The translations under genes were made by a program, and so were the position numbers. A stretch of 49,356 bases of DNA from a virus (Duplodnaviria; Caudoviricetes): IMG/VR virus record IMGVR_UViG_3300012933_000183, positions 1 to 49,356 of that record. The stretch is one strand, 5' to 3'. The notes beneath the pieces are model-generated. The model made no database searches, was not told the DNA's origin, and saw only the letters and a program-made list of their open reading frames with translations. Shown one piece after another: positions 42,837 through 49,356 of the stretch; position 1 is the stretch's first letter, and every line of letters begins with the position of its first letter.

Positions 42837-43501
42837 ACATTTTTTGGCTCGACCCTAATCCCGTAGTAAATGCTCAAATGCACCACGATAAACACGTGGT
42901 TAAAATGATTTTAGAATATGCCCAATTACTCTCTACCGCTCATCGTATTATTGACGGTACTGAATGCGTACGTCTCAGCAAAACTGGTAGAAAACAGAAA
43001 GCTTGGTGTTTGGAAGATCATCGTGATTCAGTGCTGTATGCTGCTACTCACATCAACCATCCTTCAGCGGTATGGGCTAGAGCCGACTATCATAACTACA
43101 CCCGCCTTTATGAACTTTTTGTAGCCACATGTGACGAATATACACATCGCTATGGCAAAGTCCATATGACTGATACAAAGCTTCGTAAACTTCTGGCAAC
43201 ACCACCTAATTTTAAAATTGATCATCGAACTCGAGTGTTGACTGATCCAACACCAGCAATGCCAGATGAATGCAAAGTTCCTGGTAATGTGGTTGGATCA
43301 TACCGCAAATACTATATAGATAAAAAAGCCGATATGGCAAAATGGACTAACCGCGAACCACCAGAATGGTTCCTTAAAGGTGTTAAGGAGAAAGATGCCT
43401 ACGTACAGTTACAAGTGCAAGAAGTGCGATCACTATTTCGAAAAGATCCTAAACATGTCAGCACGAGACGAGCCAGTCGCTCAACCGTGTCCAGAGTGTG
43501 A
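42833..43501 (+). CDS. Pyrimidine-dimer DNA glycosylase (DenV-related) family protein
   Basis: MNIFWLD..DKHVVKMILEYAQLLS, THINHPSAVW, EYTHRYGKVH, PAMPD, YRKYY. Confidence 0.75.
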   Translation: MNIFWLDPNPVVNAQMHHDKHVVKMILEYAQLLSTAHRIIDGTECVRLSKTGRKQKAWCLEDHRDSVLYAATHINHPSAVWARADYHNYTRLYELFVATCDEYTHRYGKVHMTDTKLRKLLATPPNFKIDHRTRVLTDPTPAMPDECKVPGNVVGSYRKYYIDKKADMAKWTNREPPEWFLKGVKEKDAYVQLQVQEVRSLFRKDPKHVSTRRASRSTVSRV

Positions 43502-43646
43502 AGGTGAAATTTATAGAACATTCGAAACTGGTGGACTTGTCTCAGATAGCAAATCAATGCATCGAAGAGCAGGTTCAGATTTTAATGATAGAATGAAGCA
43601 AATTAAAAAAGGCTCTGGCCGATCAAACACGATTAAGACGATCTAA
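43395..43646 (+). CDS. FmdB-like zinc-ribbon protein
   Basis: MPTYSYKCKKC..FE..CPEC. Confidence 0.8.
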   Translation: MPTYSYKCKKCDHYFEKILNMSARDEPVAQPCPECEGEIYRTFETGGLVSDSKSMHRRAGSDFNDRMKQIKKGSGRSNTIKTI

Positions 43647-44371
43647 TGTCAAAACAAAATAACAACACTCTTCCAATTGAAACTGCAACTAAGAAGTTGC
43701 CTCGTCTTAAGATTGAACACCTAAAGCGTGTCGATCCATTAACTGATAATCAGTCTAAGGCATTTCATTCATATCACAAAGATCGTAACATGATTTTATC
43801 TGGTGCTGCAGGTACTGGTAAAACATTCTTGTCGATGTATCTTGCATTGCGTGAAGTTTTAGAGAATAAAAGCCCTTATAAAAAGGTCGTAATTGTACGA
43901 TCAATTGTTCCAACACGAGATATTGGTTTCTTACCTGGTGATGAGCAAGAGAAGAAGGAAGTCTACATGCTTCCATATATCGACATCTGTACAGAATTAT
44001 TTGGCGAGAAGAATGCCTTCGAACGATTGTTCGATAATGGTCAAATTGAATTCCTAACTACATCATTCATTCGTGGTACTACATTAAATAATTGTGTTAT
44101 CATTCTTGATGAAATGCAAAACTGTGTATTTAGAGAACTTGACACAGTGATCACACGTGTTGGTGGTAATGCACGATTCATTATGTGTGGTGACTATTAC
44201 CAATCAGACTTCGATAAAGATAAGGACAAGCAAGGTATTGTCAACTTTATGAAGATCGTTAATTCGATGAACTCATTCGATCACATTGAATTCAAATGGC
44301 CTGACATTGTTCGTTCAGACTTTGTTCGGGATTATATCGTAACTAAGGAAACTTTGAAAATTACATCATGA
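43646..44371 (+). CDS. phoH: PhoH-like ATPase
   Basis: GAAGTGKT, IGFLPG, FIRGTT, LDEMQN, TRVG, GD..QSD, DIVRS. Confidence 0.93.
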   Translation: MSKQNNNTLPIETATKKLPRLKIEHLKRVDPLTDNQSKAFHSYHKDRNMILSGAAGTGKTFLSMYLALREVLENKSPYKKVVIVRSIVPTRDIGFLPGDEQEKKEVYMLPYIDICTELFGEKNAFERLFDNGQIEFLTTSFIRGTTLNNCVIILDEMQNCVFRELDTVITRVGGNARFIMCGDYYQSDFDKDKDKQGIVNFMKIVNSMNSFDHIEFKWPDIVRSDFVRDYIVTKETLKITS

Positions 44372-44538
44372 GTAGCAATCGCGAGCGTGCACTATTAGAC
44401 GCTAATAAAAAACGCAAGAGCAAACGAAAAGATTATAGTAATGATGAAGCAAATCGTCATTACGAACGAAAAATTCGAAAGAGTTTTGAGAAAGATAAAT
44501 TTGACAAATACAGAAAATATGACGAAGAAAGTTTTTGA
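44368..44538 (+). CDS. Small charged hypothetical protein (56 aa; not in ORF track)
   Basis: ATGA overlap with phoH; MSSNRERALLDANKKRKSKR... Confidence 0.5.
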   Translation: MSSNRERALLDANKKRKSKRKDYSNDEANRHYERKIRKSFEKDKFDKYRKYDEESF

Positions 44539-45211
44539 ACATCTTGCCATTGATCTTGGTTATGAAGATCTTATGACTGAGAGCGGAGAAAATGGTCGTC
44601 GTTATGTTACACCTACTGGTATCAAATATCCATCAATCACAACAGTGCTTGGTCATTTTGGCAAGCAAGCTATCTTAAATTGGCGTAAAGCAGTTGGAGA
44701 AGACGAAGCAAATCGTGTTTCTAGACATGCAGCAAGTCGAGGTACTTCACTACATTCTATATGTGAAAATTACATCGATAACAAGGAAGATTATTTTGGT
44801 AACGCGATGCCGCATGTGCGGGGAATGTTCAACTCAATCAAACCAGTCCTGGATGGACGAATTGGTAGAGTTTATATGCAAGAAGTGCCGCTCTACTCTG
44901 ACCACCTCAGGTTGGCAGGTCGGGTGGACCTCATTGCAGAATTCGATGGAGTCCCATCAATCATCGACTTCAAAACGTCCAGTAGAGTCAAAGAAGCAAA
45001 AGACATTAAAGACTACTTCGAACAAGAATCAGGTTATGCCATCATGTTCGAAGAGAGAATCAAGAAACCAATTGTGAATCTTGTCACAATCATGGCTGTT
45101 GAAAATAGTAGTACACCGTTGGTGTTTAAAGAGCATCGTGATAATCACATAGAAGATCTAATATATAAAATCAGACTCTATGAAAAAGAAAAGGGAATTC
45201 GGTATGAGTAA
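44519..45211 (+). CDS. PD-(D/E)xK exonuclease (RecB/Cas4-like)
   Basis: YPSITTVL, RGTSLH, E.PLYS, AGRVDLI, IIDFKTS, Q..GYA. Confidence 0.88.
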   Translation: MTKKVFEHLAIDLGYEDLMTESGENGRRYVTPTGIKYPSITTVLGHFGKQAILNWRKAVGEDEANRVSRHAASRGTSLHSICENYIDNKEDYFGNAMPHVRGMFNSIKPVLDGRIGRVYMQEVPLYSDHLRLAGRVDLIAEFDGVPSIIDFKTSSRVKEAKDIKDYFEQESGYAIMFEERIKKPIVNLVTIMAVENSSTPLVFKEHRDNHIEDLIYKIRLYEKEKGIRYE

Positions 45212-45878
45212 TCCAATAACACCATCAGTTAGCACACAGAAGGTATTCGTAAATAAACCTGTTGCATCATTGCATACATTTTATTTGAGCGGTACTATTG
45301 AAAGTCCAGAGGAATACATTACATGGTTTGAAATCATGCGTAATGCTGGAGAGAATGACATCATTCAGATTAATATCAATTCTCCAGGTGGTGATCTATT
45401 CACTGCAATCCAATTTCTTCGTGCAATCGCAGATACACCAGCTCATGTGATTTGTTCAGTTGAAGGTGCATGTATGTCAGCAGCAACGATGATCTTCTTG
45501 ACAGCTGATACATTCGAGGTTAGCGAACACTCAATGTTTATGTTCCACAATTATTCAAGCGCAACGTTTGGTAAAGGTGGTGAGATGTATGACAACATCA
45601 TCCATGAACGCAAGTGGTCAGAACACTTACTTCGTCGCATCTATGCTGACTTCTTGAATGAAGACGAGATCGCATCTCTATTGGCCAACAAAGATATTTG
45701 GATGGACGGTGAAGAAGTACTCAAGCGCTTGAAGCTTCGTCATGACAAGTTTGAGAAAGCCGCAAAGATTGCTGAAAAAGATGCAAAGAAAAAAGTTAGT
45801 ACTAAAGTACCAACAAAGAAAGTTGCACCAGCAAAGAAACCAGCAGCTAAGAAAGCACCAGCGAAAAAAGCTGCATAA
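45204..45878 (+). CDS. ClpP-like serine protease with Lys/Ala/Pro-rich tail
   Basis: ININSPGG, GACMSAATMIF, FMFH, DIW; tail KKVAPAKKPAAKKAPAKKAA. Confidence 0.82.
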   Translation: MSNPITPSVSTQKVFVNKPVASLHTFYLSGTIESPEEYITWFEIMRNAGENDIIQININSPGGDLFTAIQFLRAIADTPAHVICSVEGACMSAATMIFLTADTFEVSEHSMFMFHNYSSATFGKGGEMYDNIIHERKWSEHLLRRIYADFLNEDEIASLLANKDIWMDGEEVLKRLKLRHDKFEKAAKIAEKDAKKKVSTKVPTKKVAPAKKPAAKKAPAKKAA

Positions 45879-45883
45879 AAGCA

Positions 45884-45912
45884 TGTACAGCATGTAAAAA
45901 GTGTGGTACAAT
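45884..45912 (+). promoter_or_regulatory. Early promoter
   Basis: TGTACA-17 nt-TACAAT. Confidence 0.8.
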
Positions 45913-45918
45913 ACTTAC

Positions 45919-46659
45919 ATGAACGACACATTAAGTATTGCCTCACTGTTGCTAGGGTTGTGGTCAGGTCCGGTAGTTTCGGCTACCGGATATGGCGAAT
46001 ATAACTTTGGCCCAGAAACTAGCGAGAATGTTGCATGCGAACGAGCAGAGCAACGTGCTAAACTTGACGCAGTACGTAGTGTCATTGGCGAAAACCTATT
46101 CGCTCAAGAATTTTCACAATGTCGAACATCCAAAGATGAATTAGTTTGTGCACATGATCAGTCAGTGTATTCAACAACTGATTCATTCATTCGTAGTGTC
46201 AAACGAGTCAAAAAATACGTAGATCAACACTCATATAGCAAGACTTGCTCTGTTGAAGTCAAGGTTGCTGTGTCCGCTGATAAGCCACGTGTTGATGCGT
46301 TTGTTGAAGGTCGTTTTCTTTATAAGCATGGTGATAACATGATCTATCGCGTAAAGACTAATGAACCAACAAAGGTATTTGTATTTCACACTGAAGGTAA
46401 TAAAGCCACTATGATGTGGCCAGCATATTACGGTGTAAACAATAAAGTTGCCAATGAGTTGATTTTCCCAACTCAAGGGTACAAAATTACAGCTCTCGCA
46501 TCTAAGGCTAAATTGCCTGAGAGCTTGATATTCGTATTCACGAATGAAGACATGAATTTCATGCGTGATTATGATGTTGACGATCTTAACAACAAACTGT
46601 TGAGTATGAAGATCACTGAACGACGTATTATTCGTCGTAATTTAATCATTGAACAATGA
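45919..46659 (+). CDS. Probable exported protein (FlgT/LPP20-like N-domain plus beta-sandwich C-domain)
   Basis: Hydrophobic N-terminus, ATGYG..AC..AE..AK..A pattern. Confidence 0.55.
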   Translation: MNDTLSIASLLLGLWSGPVVSATGYGEYNFGPETSENVACERAEQRAKLDAVRSVIGENLFAQEFSQCRTSKDELVCAHDQSVYSTTDSFIRSVKRVKKYVDQHSYSKTCSVEVKVAVSADKPRVDAFVEGRFLYKHGDNMIYRVKTNEPTKVFVFHTEGNKATMMWPAYYGVNNKVANELIFPTQGYKITALASKAKLPESLIFVFTNEDMNFMRDYDVDDLNNKLLSMKITERRIIRRNLIIEQ

Positions 46660-46669
46660 GGACTATATT

Positions 46670-47371
46670 ATGAAAAAAGTTTTGGCAATTGCCTTGGTTG
46701 GTGCATTCTTGACAGGTTGTGGTACAACTTCTTTGGTGGATAAGAAAGCTGATTGGGTTCAAGGATCCGACAAAGTTGATTTGTCTATGGCACCTGAATG
46801 GTTCACTATGCATTTGGCAAATGATAACTCACACATCTTTGCAACTGCAACTGAGTACTCAGCTGACTACCAATTTGCTATCGATAAGGCAATGCTTGCT
46901 GCTAAGGCACAGCTTGCATCTCAGGTTCAAAACCGTATCAACATGGAAACCGAGACATACATCGCCGAAGAAGGCAACGGCACTGATATCGATGATGTTG
47001 AACGTAACACAAAACGTGTGACTAAAGGCATTGTTGATAGTACTCTGATCGTTGGTTTCAAACGTGATAAGATCGAAGTTCGTCGTGAAGGTCGTGGATA
47101 CCGTGTATTTGTTCGATTGGTCTATGACTACACTGATAACAATAAACTCGTTCAACAAGCACAACGTATTGAAAAGCGTAAAGAAAAGAACGAGTTGAAA
47201 AAGATCGAAGCAAAGAAAGAAACACAAGTTCTAAATTCTGAAAGTAAAACTTTAGGCCAACGTGCTGCTGAATTGCCACACAATAGTATCTCAGATTCTA
47301 AGGTAAAGGCTCAAGTTGAGGCTGCAATCGCCCGAGGTGATGCCGTCATTATGTCCAAGACGCTGCAATAA
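46670..47371 (+). CDS. Lipoprotein (LPP20-like)
   Basis: GAGGA RBS; MKKVLAIALVGAFLTG-C lipobox; PEWF, AIDKAMLAAKAQLA. Confidence 0.78.
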   Translation: MKKVLAIALVGAFLTGCGTTSLVDKKADWVQGSDKVDLSMAPEWFTMHLANDNSHIFATATEYSADYQFAIDKAMLAAKAQLASQVQNRINMETETYIAEEGNGTDIDDVERNTKRVTKGIVDSTLIVGFKRDKIEVRREGRGYRVFVRLVYDYTDNNKLVQQAQRIEKRKEKNELKKIEAKKETQVLNSESKTLGQRAAELPHNSISDSKVKAQVEAAIARGDAVIMSKTLQ

Positions 47372-47374
47372 GCA

Positions 47375-47403
47375 TGTACAGCATGTTATTTTTATGGTAT
47401 AAT
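47375..47403 (+). promoter_or_regulatory. Early promoter
   Basis: tgtacagcatgttatttttatggtataatagat, identical to the 2701 copy. Confidence 0.85.
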
Positions 47404-47424
47404 AGATATATTAAATGACAGGAG

Positions 47425-47670
47425 TTGATCATGGCTGTGGAAATGGAACAAGTTAGAGAGACACTTGAGACTGCGCAAAACGCAGTTGTACAAGTACAAG
47501 AAGCTGATGCATGGGTGTCAGAAATCCAACAAGCTTATGATGGTACATCAGGTCTTACAATTGCATTGTGCGCAATTGGTGCTCTCATTCTTCTTCGTCC
47601 ACTGCTTGCATTGATTCAATATGTTGCAGTTTTCTTTGTAATTTTCTTGGTGTTTAAGCATTATGTCTGA
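47425..47670 (+). CDS. Small membrane protein
   Basis: AGGAG RBS; hydrophobic C-terminal half. Confidence 0.6.
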   Translation: MIMAVEMEQVRETLETAQNAVVQVQEADAWVSEIQQAYDGTSGLTIALCAIGALILLRPLLALIQYVAVFFVIFLVFKHYV

Positions 47671-48214
47671 ATCAATTTCCACAAATCTGTACAATACGTT
47701 GAAGGAAATCAACACGTCCTCGACTTATGTAGTTGATCAAACGTATGTTGACCAGGTTAAAAGCAAGCTAAAGAAGTACAAGAACAACAATGGCAATTCG
47801 GATCGCACTGAACTCCAAAAGAATTTGGACATCGATTGTGAATTTGCTGATGTGATTGTCAATGAATCTGGACATGCATCGATCCTAAAAGCGACTAGCA
47901 TTCGTCAACACGACTTTTGCTTTCTTGATTCATCCGCTGTGATTTGGTGTGTTGACAATAAAGTTGTGCATGAAGATACATTTTATCTCCATGATAATAA
48001 ATATATGCAGTACTTGAAATCATACAATGAAGGCAAGTTGCATGCATTTGCATTCTGGCGATTTGCGAATCGTCCAATCAAGCCTTTAGAGGTTGGTGAT
48101 AAACCAGTGATGCACTTGTTGAAAGTGATTCCAGCAAAAGACTTGTTGATGAAGATGTGTAATCCTAAAAACAAGACTCGTTCAGGTGATAAATTTGTTA
48201 TTCGGGTGATTTGA
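47663..48214 (+). CDS. Hypothetical protein
   Basis: 183-aa ORF overlapping neighbours. Confidence 0.6.
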   Translation: MSESISTNLYNTLKEINTSSTYVVDQTYVDQVKSKLKKYKNNNGNSDRTELQKNLDIDCEFADVIVNESGHASILKATSIRQHDFCFLDSSAVIWCVDNKVVHEDTFYLHDNKYMQYLKSYNEGKLHAFAFWRFANRPIKPLEVGDKPVMHLLKVIPAKDLLMKMCNPKNKTRSGDKFVIRVI

Positions 48215-48510
48215 TGGCAAAATACGACAAGTACTTGTTAAGAAGCGACATGGCAAAAGATCTACATGCTTGGATCTTTTTCTCAGGTTCCTCTGACAAA
48301 AATTATTACTTTTCAAAAGTAACTGATGGCGAGCATACATGTTATGAAGTGCCATTCAAGTCACAATACGTCAAAGGTTTCTTGTTAGTAGATTCAACAC
48401 GTTCTATTACATTGCTTGCTAAGCGCTGTGATGGTGTTGAGTACAACAAAGAATTTAGAACTGTACAAGATACAAAAGATTTTCTTATTCAGAAAATCTT
48501 AGTTAAATAA
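48211..48510 (+). CDS. Hypothetical protein
   Basis: 99-aa ORF. Confidence 0.55.
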   Translation: MMAKYDKYLLRSDMAKDLHAWIFFSGSSDKNYYFSKVTDGEHTCYEVPFKSQYVKGFLLVDSTRSITLLAKRCDGVEYNKEFRTVQDTKDFLIQKILVK

Positions 48511-48516
48511 ACGATT

Positions 48517-48593
48517 GCGTCTATAGCTCAACTGGATAGAGCACTGGTCTTCTACACCACAGGTTGGGGGTTCGAATCCCTCTAGGCGCACCA
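48517..48593 (+). tRNA. tRNA-Arg (anticodon UCU)
   Basis: Acceptor GCGTCTA/TAGGCGC, D arm GCTC/GAGC, loop CT-TCT-AC, T arm GGGGG-TTCGAAT-CCCTC, encoded CCA. Confidence 0.95.
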
Positions 48594-48596
48594 ATC

Positions 48597-48657
48597 AATT
48601 TTATTAATAATCATTATCAAAACGTTTAATGACATTGACAGTATTATTAATAAAATT
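48597..48657. promoter_or_regulatory. 15-bp inverted repeat with Fur-box-like sequence upstream of rubrerythrin
   Basis: AATTTTATTAATAAT (48597-48611) / ATTATTAATAAAATT (48643-48657); ATAATCATTATC overlapping the left arm. Confidence 0.5.
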
Positions 48658-48693
48658 AATTGATATATAATTAGTGATTAAATTTTTATAAGG

Positions 48694-49149
48694 ATGAACA
48701 TGTCAGTTACAATCAAGAATCTAGAAAGCGCATTAGCTGGTGAGTCGATGGCTCATGTGAAGTATCGTTACTTTGCAAAGCTTGCTCGTGCAGAAGGCTT
48801 TGAGGAAGTTGCAAAACACTTTGAACATACAGCAGATCAAGAAATCTTGCATGCATGGGGACACCTTGAACTTTTAATCGGTAAACCATCTACTAAAGAA
48901 TGCTTGCATCTTGCTATTCTTGGTGAAACACATGAGTTCACTGAAATGTATCCACAATTCGAAGCTATTGCAATCGCTGAAGGTAAACTTGAAGCACAAC
49001 GTGAAATTCAAGAACAGATTGCAGAATCCAAGCAACATGCAGCTGAGTTCAAGAAAGTGTTAGAGTTGGCAGAGAAACGTTTTGCAGCACTTGCAAAAGT
49101 TGAAAAGCGTCACGCTGAAGCATATCAAAAAGTTAAGGAGTCAATGTAA
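48694..49149 (+). CDS. Rubrerythrin (ferritin-like diiron domain only)
   Basis: NLESALAGESMA..Y..FA..A..EG, QEILHA, GETHEFTEMYP, ESKQHA, VEKRHA. Confidence 0.92.
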   Translation: MNMSVTIKNLESALAGESMAHVKYRYFAKLARAEGFEEVAKHFEHTADQEILHAWGHLELLIGKPSTKECLHLAILGETHEFTEMYPQFEAIAIAEGKLEAQREIQEQIAESKQHAAEFKKVLELAEKRFAALAKVEKRHAEAYQKVKESM

Positions 49150-49283
49150 TGTCAAATGTCGTATATGTGTGTATTGTATGTGGTCATGAGTTGAGCGAAG
49201 CTGATTGGTTAAGTTTGCCAGATACAGTAAATTGCCCAGAATGTGGTGTCAGTAAAGATGACTACGTTCGTATGGAACTCTAA
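49149..49283 (+). CDS. Rubredoxin-like protein (44 aa; not in ORF track)
   Basis: YVCIVCGH..WLSLPD..CPECGVSKDDY; TAATG coupling to rubrerythrin. Confidence 0.88.
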   Translation: MSNVVYVCIVCGHELSEADWLSLPDTVNCPECGVSKDDYVRMEL

Positions 49284-49356
49284 AATATTTTCAATTATTT
49301 TTCAAAAATAAGTGTTTTAAACAAAAATTTTGTATATATAAATCTATGAACAAATT

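Noticed and set aside
44519-45211. Cas4 / CRISPR system
   Set aside because: No Fe-S cysteine cluster, no other cas genes and no repeat-spacer array; this is the usual phoH-linked phage exonuclease
1-49356. Minus-strand genes and stop-codon reassignment
   Set aside because: Nearly all minus-strand ORFs overlap well-supported plus-strand genes, and known genes are full length under the standard code

Overview
A 49-kb, AT-rich, densely coding segment of a T4-like myophage genome with essentially all genes on the + strand. The host is Gram-negative, as shown by a two-component spanin and lipoproteins; the class Ia NrdAB and rubrerythrin suggest a proteobacterium. Order: (1) 3' end of family-B DNA polymerase gp43, then a nucleotide/DNA-modification island (MazG-like pyrophosphatase, AEP primase-polymerase, Nmad1/DUF1599-like protein, T4 gp42-like dCMP hydroxymethylase, dCMP deaminase, two aGPT-Pplase/HhH-fold-like proteins, an SGNH-like protein, a fold-II PLP enzyme) in the slot where T4 has gp42 and beta-glucosyltransferase; (2) uvsX-gp40-gp41, thyX; (3) a late-promoter block (13.3-24.1 kb) of probable capsid-internal proteins with T4 IP-like N-terminal targeting sequences and repeated 'ESVEQIDE' protease-site-like linkers, ending in embedded Rz/Rz1 spanins; (4) nrdA-nrdB-glutaredoxin, GIY-YIG nuclease, RNase H; (5) early/accessory genes: an RNA-repair cluster, DNA ligase, NMNAT-Nudix plus NAMPT (NAD salvage), AAA ATPase, PhoH, exonuclease, ClpP-like protein, lipoproteins, tRNA-Arg(UCU), rubrerythrin-rubredoxin. 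Fifteen copies of a conserved early promoter punctuate the window. The two strongest candidates for something new are a cytosine-specific gp42 coupled to thymidine-hypermodification-type enzymes (a possible unknown hypermodified base) and an array of capsid-packaged, protease-processed polyproteins and enzymes. All family assignments come from motif recognition by eye; no database search was run.
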